DNA of 64,000 nt from Squalus acanthias (lineage: Eukaryota). Under the pieces are notes generated by a model. The model saw only the letters and a list, made by a program, of their open reading frames with translations, was not told the DNA's origin and made no database searches. The stretch covers positions 162,690,001 through 162,754,000 of the forward strand of contig CM059425.1 in the NCBI GenBank assembly GCA_030390025.1, written 5' to 3'. Numbering within the stretch: the stretch's first letter is position 1; each line of letters starts with the position of its first letter. The position numbers and the translations under genes were made by a program. This document shows positions 39,881 through 53,700 of the stretch, one piece after another.

Positions 39881-40749
39881 TGCTGTGTTTCCCAACATTA
39901 CAACAGTGACTACAGTTCCAAAGTACTTCGTTGGATGTAGCAAAATGGGCGGTTGCAGATAGGGTGTCCATAATACACCCTGCCAGCTTTTCCTTTCCAT
40001 TGAAGTTAGACTCCTGGTTGGGTGGTTAATGCCATTCTAGCTATGGCACAGCAGAACAAATACATTTACAAGGGGGTGGTAACTTCAAATAAACAAGAAG
40101 ACCACTGGTATTCAAATCACAGCTTCTAGCAAGCATAAGTGGATTAAAAACTTACTATTTGTCACACAAATTCAAAAATCCTGCTCCCATTACCTGACAT
40201 CTAAGTCCTTCAAGCTCTCTCATGGAGCTTCCCTCTGACCTGGTTCTTCAAGGATGGCGCTGCCTCTAAGGCACAGGCATCGCCTGAACTTCTTTGGTGC
40301 TCAATAGAGTAACCCCACACACGCCTTCTGCCTGTCCCCGTTACATTACACAGACAGTTAGGGGGCATTCTTAGGCTTCCCCAGGAATCCCATCAGAATT
40401 GGCCCAGCAGAACCTATGTCTTCTGAGAGCAGGTATACAACCAACTGTGCCCCTAAGTGGGGCCTGAAGCTGCAAAAGAAAACAGCAATTGATCCAAAAA
40501 GGCCATAAAGTACTCGTTGAAATTAACAAAAACTTTCTGGCCTCTGTCTTTGGTCCAATGCATGCCTTGTACTCCCTTCTTAGAGTGACAAGGTGCCATC
40601 CTAAGATCTGCTACTTCTGTGGGGTGGGCCTCTTTGTTGTGCTGAGGTGGGGTGCCTGCTCTAATTATTTAAATTAACCCTTGGCTGGGATTTGGGACAA
40701 GTTTAGCATCAGGTCAATGCAATGCTGCACTCCAGCTGCAGAATACCTT

Positions 40750-41140
40750 CCGTTTTGGGTTTAAGCCCTACTATGGACATGAGCACATAATCAAGTCCAA
40801 CACTAGGGGAGTGCTGCCTTGTCAGAGGTGCCATCTTTCAAATGAGACATTAAACTGAGTGTCTGTCTGCCTGTTCAGGTGGTCGTAAAGAATCCCATGG
40901 CACTATTCGAAGAAGAGCAGGGAGTTCCCTGGTGTCCTGGCCAATATTTATCCCTCAACCTATAACTAAAAGCAGATTATCTGCTGTTTGTGGGACCTTG
41001 CTTTGAGCAAATTGCCTGCCGCAGTTCTTACATTAAAACAGCAACGACACTTCAAAAGTACTTAATTGGCTGTAAATCGTTTTGGAATGTCCTGAGATCA
41101 TGAAAGGTGCTCTATAAATACAAGTCTTTCTTTCTTTTTT
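40750..41140 (+). mobile_element. Deu-domain SINE with L2-like tail
   Basis: Homologous to 38605-38910; ends tataaatacaagtctttctttc. Confidence 0.75.
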
Positions 41141-42634
41141 ACCAGGATCGCCTCTTCAAGTTGTGCATACCGGCCTGCTCGTGGGTTCTCATTTTCCTGC
41201 CCCTTCCAATGGAGCTAGATCCTGCCAGGGGGTGGGTCTGCATTAGGGCATGCTATTAAAATTACCTGGGGTTGGATAGTGTGCTGCTCCTGTCTAATAC
41301 CCTTAGGGGGCGTGGTGGACAAAATCCATTCTAAAGACTCTATGCAATTTTACCGGATCTGAAATAAGTCCAGTCTTTATTTGTGATGACTGATTTGAAG
41401 AATTAATTTAATATAACTCCATTTTTATGATGTTCCACAATATCTCTTCTCAATTCATCTCTTCAAGGATTTATCTCGCAATTATGCAAAAGCTTAATTT
41501 ACTCCTAAGAGTGACTTTAATAATTGTCTTATTTAGATTTAGAAGCTTTGACTGAAGAAACTAATGGTAGTAGATTGGGACGGAAAGTCAGTTCAAATGC
41601 TTCCAACTGCGGACACTGAATTCAAATCCAGCCAACATTGGGATGAAGCAGAGTTTTTTGAGAAGTCCTCGAATCTCAGTGGCTTCAAGGTCATAGCAAA
41701 AAGCTCTAAAACTCAACAATGACTGCTACAAATTGCAAAGCCCTGCCCCGAGAGGAAACTAAAATAGAGAATGAGAGAAGTGAAAACACCACATCAATGC
41801 GGTCGGGCCTGCTATATCTAACATGAAACCTAGGATTGCTTCACATTCTCTCTGGAAAATGTTCCATTCTCCAGCACGTTCATCAATCAGCTTAATGAGC
41901 ACAATATATATGCATCAACAAATACACAAAGAGAAAAACAATTCAGTATCTATCAGAGTACTGAACCACAGTTGCACACACAGCTTGTTTTGTCTAAAAT
42001 TTCAGCTGGTGCAAAGTCTGGTGATCATAATATCCTTATCATTTGGAAACCGAGCAGCCATACTAGAACCAACAACATACTGAAGGAACAATTAAAAGGT
42101 AGTCCATCATTTGACAGCTTAGACAGAACCTAATTAAGCCTAAAGAACTTAAATAACAAGGAGCTCAACTACATTGTTCAATCAGAGACTAATGGAAGGT
42201 AAACAAACCTGTATCCTTTTTGGTCAAGTGCAGCAGAGACATGGTTGATGCAACTGAACTTATCTAACTTGACCAAGAGTAGTCTTCAGGTGAAGCAGGG
42301 TTAGAGGATGGAGGACAATTGAGCATGGGCGCCCAAACGTAATTTAGTTTCTATTTTAAAGTCATATATTCTATCTTCATTTTTATATATTTCCATTATA
42401 ATTTCATATGTACACATTTATAATGAAAACTGCCTGTGTAATTTTGTCACCCAGTAATTACAACCTCCTTCCAATGGTGGCGCCGCAGCAGTCCCATGGT
42501 GGGGGTTGTAATTAATGTGTCAAGTTTTACATAGGTATTTCTATTGTAGGCACAGAAATTTTGAATTCAAAAAGTGCACACAGATATAAGGGCCTGGAGA
42601 TTCCGTGGGGGGTTTCCCAATTTCCCAGTGTAAC

Positions 42635-43000
42635 AGAATTACATAGAATATACAGCACAGAAACAGCCCAACTAGTCTGTGCTGGTGTTTATACTCCACA
42701 TGAGTCTTCTCCCATTCCATCGACCCCATCTCAGTCTATCAACATGTCTTTCTATTCCCTTTTCTCTCATGTACCCATCTAGTTTCCTTTTCAAAGCATC
42801 TAAGCTATTTGCCACTACCACTTCCTGTGTTAGCGAGTTCAACATTCTAAAGAACCACTCTCTGAGTAAAGAATTTTCTTCTTATTTCCCTGTTGGATTT
42901 ATTAGTAACTATCTTGTTTTTATGGCACCTAGTTTTGGATTCTTCCATAAGTGGAAATATTCTCTCCACATCTACCCTGTCCAACCCATTCATAATTGGC
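42635..43000 (-). mobile_element. CR1 3' end (degenerate)
   Basis: CR1-like 3' UTR and tail acatagaatatacagcacagaaacag. Confidence 0.6.
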
Positions 43001-43119
43001 AGGAGACTGACTGAATTCTCAGAGAAATGGCAAAAATGGCCATTTCAGCCACTTGTGACTGTTAATATTATAAGGGCGATTACTTTTAAGTTAGATATAT
43101 TGGGGGGTGGAGAGCCAAT

Positions 43120-43460
43120 GTAGCTCGGCGATGGGCGAGGGGGACTGGTCGCAGGCAACAGAGCTTTAGATGATCTGGGTTAATGGAGTGTGGAGATAAG
43201 GAGACTGAGAAGGAGAGGGTTGGTGAGATGTGCCAAAAAATGGATGAGTTTCACTGGATGCAGAGGTAAGGTAAGGCTGGAGAGAGGCAATATCTTGGAG
43301 GTAGGAAATAAGTTGTCTTGGTAGTGAATAGGATGTGGGGTTTGACCCTCTCTTCTGGGTACAGCAGAGAGCTGAGGTTGCATGTAATCTGGTTTAGACC
43401 CAGTAAGTAGCCAGGGAGGGGGAATAGAGTCAATGGCAAGGACACATAATTTTTGGTGGG
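43120..43460 (-). mobile_element. L2 fragment (degenerate)
   Basis: Similar to 25000-25350. Confidence 0.55.
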
Positions 43461-44640
43461 TGCCAAAGACAAAATAACTCACACAAAAAAACCTACCCCA
43501 ACACAAACACAAGCACTGACCTCAACACAAGTACAATCAAATTGGACACGTTGACCACTTCATCTAAATTTCCAATATACAGTCCCAATCTCAAAACTCC
43601 GCAACAAGAATATTAAATTGTAAGAACTGCCTCCATATATTAAATATGTTTGTGTTCTTCATTGTCTATTATATTCTGCATATCTTATTGCTCCCTGCTA
43701 AAAATATCACCATCTCTACATTATGCCCTGGCCCTCAGTTGGGACCCGGCCTTGGGTCAGTGCAGATATGCCTGGGTTCAATATATGCACCTTGCCAACA
43801 AGGGTAGATGTAGGGATCATCTCGGGGTCCAAGTTGGGACTGGGGCCTGGATTCCTGAAAATGGGGGGTGTAAAATGTTTTTTTCAGTTATATAAGTGGC
43901 CCCCTGACACAAGGGGGTGCTAGGGATAGCCTCTTCCCTTTCCTGAGTGGGATCCAAACTCCCCTCCCCACCCCTGGCCCTCCAGTCTGGCAAGCTTCAA
44001 CCAGGGTTTATGGTCTTTTCAGTGGGGATTATCCCAAATGCGTCCCAAAAGCCTGCTTTTTGTAGCCTCTCCTTCTGACCCGTGAACTTTGGCCGGGTCA
44101 ATGATGGAAGCTATGGGCTGGCGCATCCCAATACTTAGGCCAGGATGTGCCAGTCCCATTGGACTTTGTAGGCCACACTTTGCATCGTTCATACTCCAAC
44201 ATACCTGAACCATTAAAACACGTTCCCCCCCATTCCCATATGGAGGCTGTCTATGTCTACAGTCTTCATCACTGTTGATAAATCTCCTACTTTTGTGCCA
44301 TCAGTACATTTTGAGATTGTGCTCCTTAAGGTCCAATCCAAATCATCTATATTTACAGTGACTTCCTTCATATCCTTTGGACCTGTCTTAAAATGCAGAC
44401 ATGTAAATGGGATGGAAGGCTGTCACCAAGACTGAAACTGTTCTCTACTCACTCCACTGTCATATGTGGAGACAGCTGAAATTCAGGAATAGATTGACTA
44501 ATGTGCAAAATAATCCAGCCAGAGCATCTCCTTCTTAACCTAACAAAGGCCTTCCAGAGGAACAAACAAGCTACCTAGTTATAAGTATCACAAGGGAACA
44601 GTGCAAAAGCTATTACTCCATCCCATCTGTAACACATACA

Positions 44641-45787
44641 ACCAAGAAGAGGGAGAGGAGAGTGAAGAAGAAAAAGAAACACCATCACTCGAATTGACAC
44701 TCCCAGCCACCAGCTCCTCAAGGTCTTTCTGCAAGGCCATCTTCAGTGTCCCCCACTGAAAGTCAGCAGCCTTCTACCAGCCATGCTGCAGCCACTGGGG
44801 TAGCACTGTGTGACATCAGTAGGATAGGCAAAGGCACACACAAGACAATCACTAAGGGAATGCACAAGATGATTAGTTGATTTTTTGATGTAATATTGGA
44901 TGCATAGATGAATAAAGTTGGATTGGAAAGTTTGCTTTGTGGTGGCTTTTATTTCAGCACTGTGATGGTCAGTAACAGAGGGAAGGTAAGATGTAGGACA
45001 AATGTTGAAAGGGGAATTGGGGTTGTGTTCACTGGTACCGCAGGCAGATGATTCCATCCCGGATATCCCGGCCAGAAAGGAGCTGTTGGGGTTGCCTCCT
45101 TTCTTCCGCTCCTTCCTCTTCCGCTTTTTCCTCTTCTGCTTTTTCCTCTTCTGATTCCTCCTCTTTTGCTTTCTCCTCCCTCTGCGAGCAGCTTGTCCTC
45201 TTAGCTGCCTCTGCTCCATCTCCATGTGATGCTGCAAACCAAGGGGGACTACAACTAGAGCCCCCAGGACTGGGAGCAAGTGGTAGTCTCAGAGGCCTTC
45301 CTTTAAGAGCTAAAGCCTTGCAAATGTCAAGCAGCACTCTTTGCACTCCCTGCACACTTTAACAATGTTTTAAATGTATTGCACCAAGCCACTACACCAG
45401 CAAAATGTAAAGAAACCAGTGCAAAAGCAAAAATCTAAACTTACCTGAAAGTTGTGTGTGTCCCTTTAAGAAGAACTGGCAGTGGCTCCATTGTATTGCT
45501 GCTCCATTCTTCCGTGCGTGGTTTAGAGAGGGCATTATTAAGAGCGGCGACGTCACAAATCCTAGATTGTGCATCAATTCAGGCATTGCATGCCGATTGA
45601 CGTCATGATCTGGATCATTTAAATATGGGATCAATATGGGAAGCGAGCGCAGGCAACGGCAGCGCTGCTGACCTGTCCAAAATGGCGGCCACCATCCGCA
45701 CCAGAAGCAGGCCGAAGCGAGGCAGCTGGCATTTTTTCTTCCAAACCGGCCTTAACGGCCGGCGCTAAGGGCTCCAATTTCCTGGCC
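44641..45787. mobile_element. Non-autonomous Harbinger derivative, 5'-truncated
   Basis: Right TIR ccaatttcctggcc; collinear with 50770-51912. Confidence 0.85.
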
Positions 45788-45857
45788 TATGATTTTTGAG
45801 TTATAGTTGGCAGTCTATTTTCCAATTAGTATTATTTGCTTCTTAGGTCAGCTGGCA

Positions 45858-46590
45858 GGAGAAGTCCAACACCGCCTTCAGTGTGCCAGTGCAGCCTTCA
45901 GTCGCCTGAGGAAGAGAGTGTTTGAAGACCAGGACCTCAAACCCGGCACTAAGCTCATGGTCGACAGAGCAGCAGTGATACCCGCCCTGCTGTATGCCTC
46001 AGAGACATGGACCATGTACAGCAGGCATCTCAAAGCACTGGAGAGGTACCACCAACGCTGCCTCTGCAAGATCCTGCAAATCCATTGGCAGGATAGGCGC
46101 ACCAACGTCAGTGTTCTCGCTCAGGCCAACATCCCCAGCATCGAAGCTTTGACCACGCTCGATCAACTCCGATGGACGGGTCACATTGTCCGCATGCCCG
46201 ATACGAGACTGCCAAAACAAGCGCTCTACTCGGAGCTCCGACACGGCAAGAGAGCCCCAGATGGGCAGAGGAAATGCTTCAAGGACACCCTCAAAGCCTC
46301 CTTGAAAAAGTGCAACATCCCCACTGACACCTGGGAATCCCTGGCCCAAGACCGCACAAAGTGGAGGAGAAGCATCCGGGAAGTCTCTTCACCGGGAGCA
46401 AGCGCAAGCAGCGCAAGGAGCGCACGTCAACCCAAGCACCCCACCCACCCGCCCCCTCAACCACCGTCTGCCCCACCTGTGACAGAGACTGTAGGTCCTG
46501 CATTGGACTCATCAGTCACCTGAGAACTCATTTTTAATGTGGAAGCAAGTCATCCTCGGTTCCGAGGGACTGCCTAAGAGAAGAGAGAAA
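45858..46590 (+). mobile_element. RTE (BovB-like) LINE 3' end
   Basis: ASAAFSRLRKRVF..LLYASETWT..QLRWTGHIVRMPDTRLPKQALYSEL; short repeat tail aagagaagagag. Confidence 0.92.
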
Positions 46591-47139
46591 GTTTTTCTTG
46601 GTGGTCAAGCATAATATCTGTTATCAATCAAAGCATAAATCTGAAATTAAAATATGCAATTATCTATTAAGTAGTCTTTGTGTGCTGCAGCAACTATTAT
46701 TCTTGGTTGCAACTGGTATACATGGCCAATTTAGTGGTCTGTGCAGTTAGTATTCAATTTTCCATCCTGCCAAAGGTTCCTGAATACACATATTGGAGTT
46801 TATTAAAGAATCTATGCACCCGATGCAGAACTTTACCTGCCGGGAATTTTGGTAGAGAGATCAGTGGGCCCCACGTGAATTATATTGGAAGGATAAAATT
46901 TCCTAATATGAATTCCTGGTGGACAGAAATCCAAGTCAGGAGTGGCAGTTCATAAAATCTACCCTATGGAAGAAGAGGGTGTAATATTTTGTCTATAGCT
47001 CTCCCAGTGAAAACTTTCCATATCAGGAATTCAGGTGCATCCTCTATCACAATTTTCCATTAATTGATTTTAATGGATGGACCACTGTGGAGCAGGGGGC
47101 AGGTTTGCATCGGAATTATCAAAACATGGCAGGGGGGAA

Positions 47140-48200
47140 TGTTTGAGATCAGGAGGACTGGAGGAAACTAGCGATTGGGAGAGTTTGGGGAGGTTTGAGA
47201 TCGGGATGGTTGGGAGAAGTTTGAGATCGGGAAGATTGGCAGAGATTTGAGATCGGGAGGGTTGGGGGAGGTTTGAGATCGGGAGGGCTGGGGGAGGATT
47301 GAGATTGGGAGGGCTGGGGGAGGTTTGAGATTGGGAAGGTTGGGAGACGTTTGAGATTGGGAGGGCTGGGGGAGGATTGAGATTGGGAGGTCTGGGGGAG
47401 GTTTGAGATCGGGATGGTTGGGAGAGGTTTGAGATTGGGAGGGCTGGGGGAGGTTTGAGATCAGGAGGGCTGGGGGAGGTTTGAGATCGGGAAGGTTAGG
47501 GGAGGTTTGAGATCGGGAGGGCTGGGGGAGGTTTGAGATCGGGAGGGCTGGGGGAGGTTTGAGATCAGGAGGTCTGGGGGAGGTTTGAGATTGGGAGGGC
47601 TGGGGGAGGTTTGAGATCAGGAGGGCTGGGGGAGGTTTGAGATCAGGAGGGCTGGGGGAGGATTGAGATCGGGAAGGTTGGGGTAGGTTTCAGATTGGGA
47701 GGGCTGGCGAAAGTTTGCGATCGGGAAGGTTGAGGGAGGTTTGAGATCAGCAGGGCTGGGGGAGGTTTGAGATCGGGAAGGTTGGGGGAGGTTTGAGATC
47801 AGCAGGGCTGGGGAGGTTTGAGATCGGGAGGGTTGGGGGAGGTTTGAGATCAGCAGGGCTGGGGGAGGTTTGAGATCGGGATGGTTGGGGGAGGTTTGAG
47901 ATCAGGAGGGCTGGGGGAGGTTTGAGATCGGGAGGGCTGGGGGAGGTTTGAGATCGGGAAGGTTGGGGGAGGTTTGAGATCGGGAGGGCTGGGGGAGGTT
48001 TGAGATCGGGAGGGTTGGGGGAGGTTTGAGATCAGGAGGGTTGGGGGAGGTTTGCGATCGGGAAGGTTGGGGGAGGTTTGAGATCGGGAAGGTTGGGGGA
48101 GGTTTGAGATCGGGAAGGTTGGGGGAGGTTTGAGATCGGGAAGGTTGGGGGAGGTTTGAGATCGGAGGGCTGGGGGAGGTTTGAGATCAGGAGGGTTGCA
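47140..48200 (+). repeat. G-rich minisatellite, 26-bp unit GAGGTTTGAGATCGGGAGGGCTGGGG, about 40 copies
   Basis: gtttgag recurs at 47479, 47505, 47531, 47557 (period 26). Confidence 0.95.
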
Positions 48201-50040
48201 GGAGGCTGGTGATCAGGAGGGCTAGGGTGGGAAGAAGCTGGATGTCGGGGCTGGATGTCGGGGCTGGGGGAGGCCCACAGGGAGTGCTAAAAGAGCCACG
48301 TACCCTCATGAGCCGACAACTCCTGCCTGAGATCAGCTGCCGGGAATCCCACAGGTCAGACGTCCCCATCACTTACTTTTAAATGTCAGTCGCGGCGCAG
48401 ATGTTATCAGTCCATGAATTTGGCATGTTAATTAGGCCCCTGTCTGACTTTTGTGTGATTTCTTCACTTTAAAGGTGCAGGAATTGGGTCGAGTTGCCCG
48501 AACCTGATATTTTAAACCCCTCCTCTCGATCTTCTCCTGCCCGTCGAGGGTGCAGTGGGAGAGGGTGTTAAAATCAGGGCCTCAGTGTGCTGGTGTAGTC
48601 ATGTTCATAATTCTGAATGCTCTGTACCACTGCATTTCTTGTCCATCTCTGCCTACTGTATCTAGTACCTTAAAAAAACATAAATAATACTAATAGTATT
48701 GAAAAATGATTATTTTCCAGTTAGTGTATCATTCTCTGGCAGAGAAGTCAGCTCCCTGCTGCAGTTGAATTGCTTGCTGAGAATTCTGTGATAATGAAAC
48801 AGAAGAGCCATGATCCAATCGTCCCTTCGTCCCTGTCAAGAAGCAGATGGTTTCCTTGAGTAGGTACACTGCCTGGCTTGAACAATATAAACTAGGGAGG
48901 TCTCAGTCCCTGATTCATGCTGCGTTAATTGAGAGTGACAATTTTTTGTTAACCATCATGGGGTAGGAAAGGAAATGTCAGCCAGGGCTTTAATTCTCAA
49001 TCAGTATACAGAGCAGGAAAGTACAAGTGCAGACTTCGAGCAACGACTCAACATAGTTAATTGATTGCTGACACTCACTGCCTAGGCTTGCACATGAAGA
49101 ATAATCAACCTAGGCAAGAGACAGGGGGGATTAAATTCGATAGTGCAAAAACGAGTACGGGCACCGCGATGCGAAATATGCCTACGCCCGTTCAGAAAGT
49201 GCAGGCAACACGTCAATTTGGTGCTGCCTGCTAATTAATATGATTGTAGCTCACAGCCTAGTGAGGAACACGCTGCTGACAGGCTGTACACTCAGCAGGG
49301 GACCGAAGGTCGCGTCGATGGAACGAGGCTAGCTTTACAAAAAGCTAGCCTGCTCCTCTTCAAGGCATTCTGCAGTTCTTCGAGCTGAGCTGCCCTCTGC
49401 ACATAAAATTTTTTTTAAAAGTCCTTCAGAACTGGGCAGTCTGCACCTCTTAAAGGTGAGCTGCCTTCTGCAGATAAAAAAAAATGCAAAAGTGCTTCAG
49501 CACTAACACAAATGGCTCAACAGGCCAGGGAAAGGGCACCCAGGGTATCAGAGGCAGCACTCAAGCTTTGTGCAGGGGTGAACACTGGAAGAGAGGTCCT
49601 CTACCCACTGGGACCCAAAGAAGCTTCATGACCTCTGGTCAAGGTCAATGAATGCATCTTCAAAAGCCGTCTCCTACCAACTGCACCACTAGCCTCACAC
49701 ACTGCTCAATGTACGACAGCCCACCCCATCACTCACCTACGAACATTCTCTACCAAACGCGAGGCACACCTCACATTCCAAGCTTCACCTCACCCCCTTG
49801 GAGGAGACGGTGCTGGCCATTCTTGGCAGGGGCATGGCTGAGCCCTTGGCCAGCGGCGGGGCTGAAAGAATACAAGATGCTGGTATTCTCATACGTTATC
49901 CTTCTTCTCACATCCCACTTCCCCCTCGTCCAACAATCTTTTCTGATTTGCAAGCTGCACTTGGTGTAAGCATGCACTTCTTGCTTTTCCCCCCTCTCCT
50001 CACCACAACCCTACCCTTGTGCCTTCCTCATTTCAGACAC

Positions 50041-50737
50041 CAAAAAGAAACAGAAAATGCTGGAAATATTCAGCAGGTCAGGCAGCATCTGTGGGGAGAG
50101 AAACAGAGTTAACGTTTCAGGTCGATGACCTTTCGTCAGAACTGGAAAAAGTTAGAGATATAACAGGTTTTAAGCAAGTGCAGAGGCATGGAAGGGGGGA
50201 GGGGAGGAAAGACAAACGGGAAGGTCTGTGATAGGATGGAAGGCAGGAGTGATTAAATGACAAAAGGGATAATCGTACAAAGCAAAAGGAGATGGTAATG
50301 TGACAAGAAAAGAAATAAAAGATGAGTCTAGAAGAGGTGTAAATGGGAATGGCAGAAACATCAACAGCTGCCACATGAAAAAATATGGGTAGAGAATATG
50401 GTCTGAAATTGTTGAACTCGATGTTGAGTCCAGAAGGCTGTAAAGTGCCTAATCGAAAGATGAGGCGCTGTTCCTCGAGCTTATGTTGAGCTTTGTTGGA
50501 ACAGTGTAAGAGGCCGAGGACAGAGAAGTCAGAGTGGGAATGGAGTGGCGAATTAAAGTGACAGGCGACCGGAAGCTTGGGGTTACGCTTACAGACTGAA
50601 CAGAGATATTCCGCAAAGCGGTCACCCAACCTGCGTTTAGTCTCCCCAATGTAGAGGAGACCGCATCGTGAGCAGCGAATACAGTATACTAAATTACAAG
50701 AAGTACAAGAAAATTGCTGTTTCACCTGGAAGGAGTG
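50041..50737 (-). mobile_element. Penelope-like retroelement 3' fragment (GIY-YIG endonuclease plus terminal repeat)
   Basis: NLVYCIRCSRCGLLYIGETKRRLGDRFAEY..PVACHF..EQRLIFRLGTLQPSGLN. Confidence 0.93.
50107..50143 (-). ncRNA. Minimal type-I hammerhead ribozyme motif in the Penelope terminal repeat
   Basis: Minus strand AGUU-CUGACGA-A-AGGUC auc GACCU-GAAAC-GUU-AACU: core boxes, stem II, stem I and palindromic stem III. Confidence 0.75.
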
Positions 50738-53700
50738 AAGAAACCCAAGAAATCCAGCCTGCCCAGCCAGTGGTTGACCAAGAAGAGGGAGAGGAGAGTG
50801 AAGAAGAAGAAGAAACAACATCACTCGATTTCACACTCCCAGCCACCAGCTCCTCGAGGTTGTCCTGCAAGACCATTTGCAATGTCCCCTACTGAAAGTC
50901 AGCAGCCTTCCACCAGCCATGCTGCAGCCACTGGGGTAGCACTGTGCAACATCACTAGAATAGGCAAAGGCACATGCAAGACAATCACTAAGGGAATGCA
51001 CAAGATGATTAGTTGATTTTTTGATGTAAAGTTGGATGCATATATGGATAAAATTGGATTGGAATGTTTGCTTTGTGGTGGCTTTTATTTCAGGACACTG
51101 TGATGGTCAGTAACAAAGGTAAGGTAAGGTGTGGGACTAATGTTGAAAGGGGAATTGGGGTGGTGATCACTGGTACCGCAGGCAGATGATTCCATCCCAG
51201 ATATCCCGGCCAGAAAGGAGCTGTCTGGGATGCCTCCTTCCTTCCGCATTCTCCTCTTCTGCTTCTTCCTCTTCTACTTTTTTCTCTCCTGCTTCCTCTT
51301 CTTCTGCTTCTTCCTCTTCCTCTGCGAGCAGCTTGTCCCCTTTGCTGCCTCTGCTCCATCTCCATGTGATGCTGCAGCCCAAGCGGTACTGCAAATAGAG
51401 CCCCAGGACTGGGCGCATGTGGTCTTCTCAGAGGCCTTCCTTTAACAACCAAAGCCTTGCAAATGTCCAACAGCACTCCCTGCACAATTTAACAACTTTT
51501 TAAATGTATTGCACCAAGCCACTACACCAATAAAATGTAAAAAAAAAAGTCCAAAAGCTGAAATCTAAACTTAGTTGAAAGTTGTGAGTGTCCCTTTAAG
51601 ACGTGCAGGCAGCGTCTCTGTTGTACTGCTGCAAACACGTTCTTCTGTGTGTGGTTTGAAGAGGGCGGTATCAGGAGTGGCGATGTTGAAAATCACAGAT
51701 CGTGCGTCAATTCAGCCATTGCATGCCGATTGATGTCACGATCTGCATCATTTAAATATGTGCAGCAAGTGCAGGCAATGGCAGCACTGTCGATCTTCCC
51801 AAAATGGCAGCTGCCGCGTTCCACGCCGGAAGGGGGCGAAAGCGAGGCGGCCGCCATTTCTTCTGCAAAACTGGCCTTAACGGCTGGCACTAAAGCTCCC
51901 AATTTCACGGCCAGGAGGTTTGCTGGCACCAGTAGAACTGTGCCATAGCATGAGTCAACACCATCATGAAAAATGAGTGGTACAGTAGGGAAATTCTATT
52001 AGATTTCAAAAGGTAGTTATTGCTAATTGGGTAATATCTCTTTCACATTTAACTATACCTCAATACAATTTCACCTGCTTAAATGCAAAGTGCAGTGTTA
52101 TTAAGAACACCTCAGTGCAACATATCAGATCAAGCCCTTTCTAATGCAATTTATGCATCTCTGCTGCTGGATACTGGCCAGTGATACAACTTTTTCTTAT
52201 GCAATATTTAGTTCTGGAAACATTCTTTTGCTTTCAGGCCATATTTCTGTTCAGACGCAAAGATGTAAGAAGCATTTGAGGGACAGGAGCTTCTCTGTTC
52301 ATATTAGAATTACAATTAAAGCACACGGCTTATTAAAATAATAAATCAGGACACACACCAAAACTGGTTGGTCTGTGGGTTTCATTGTAGGTGGACTCTA
52401 TTAACTAGCATTTGAAGAGACACTGTCTTCGTGAAAAGGCAGTTGGTAAAGCTTTTTTGGTGTGCGGAGAGAGAAAAGTCAGTGCTCAATGTTATTTTTA
52501 TCTCTAAGACTTTGCATAGAAGTCATATAATTATGTTTTTAATGTAATTATGTATTTGCTCTGTGTGCTTATATAAAAGTAACAAAAAACTTCAACAATT
52601 TTCTTGAAGTTGGTTCCAATTCAACAATTTTTACATATGGGGTTTGTCTGGAGATTTTCTGAAGAATATAGGCTAAGCTGCTATTCACAAAATGTTTGAA
52701 GAAAAAAAGGAGAATATTCATTTTCAGAAGAAAAATATTCAAGTGATAGTTGCATGAGGACGTCAGTGATTTGGCACAATTTATTTTGCTATGTATGAAT
52801 GTTTCTTTAAAGGGACAGGCTCCTCCAAAGTTGACCTGATCCAAAATGGCTCAGTACAGGTTATTTGGTTTAGTGTTTGTTCCTAATTTATAGCCATCTA
52901 TGTAACTTCACTGAGTGAAATTACCCATTCAGTGTTTAAATATGGACAACTTGGTACTTTGTGTAACAAATATACCTAAGCTTATAATAACTATTAAATT
53001 AACAACCAAGATAACTATGCTTGAAATAGCTGAAGTATATTGTGTGTGCTGTTAATTACACCATCCTCCTCGGCAATGTACTTTTAATCTGCGCACATCC
53101 TATGTCAATAATTTACCCGACTTCCTCTGTCACAAAAGCAGAATTAGAATTTACTAAAGCTCATGGAATAGACATGCCTGTCACTAGCTATGGGACAGAA
53201 TAGCCACTAGAGCAAAATAAACTTTTTTTGACAGGTTGAAAATATCAACATAGTCCACAAATTACTGTTGGTAATGATGGTGGATGAATGCTTATGTTTG
53301 TTTGTCATTGCTTCATCCGTTATTATAATGGGACAACATTAAGCCATTAATTTTAACTTCACCTGTAAAGTTGAACTGAAATGCTCACAACTACTTTTAT
53401 TTTCATACTTAAAATGCCTCTCACCCTTTCAGGAGAAATTGATTATTATGGTGCTATTGCTTTTTATATTTTTCCAAAAATTTGTCCTGCTTCTTCTTCC
53501 TAGAATGTTTCTGATATTTTCACCAATAAAATCTTGATCCAGTGGAATAATGTCACTTATAAAATTTATATCAAATGATCCCTGTATTGTAAGCCTTTAC
53601 AGGATTATGAAGCCCGACCAAAATTATTGAATTCTGCAAACCAAGAGGAATCACAGCAGCAAAAAACAGATATGACAGATGGATTTGATGAGACAAGTGA

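Larger units (their letters stand above)
49126..51912. mobile_element. Non-autonomous Harbinger derivative with both TIRs, containing a Penelope insertion
   Basis: TIRs ggggattaaattcg / ccaatttcacggcc; TSD AGG; Myb remnants on + and transposase remnants on -. Confidence 0.9.

Noticed and set aside
44270..44350. Possible minus-strand exon
   Set aside because: Translates to a CR1 RT-like remnant (IDDLD..TISK..D.TKVG), not host protein.
47140..48200. CRISPR-like array
   Set aside because: Units are contiguous tandem repeats with no unique spacers; eukaryotic context and no cas genes.
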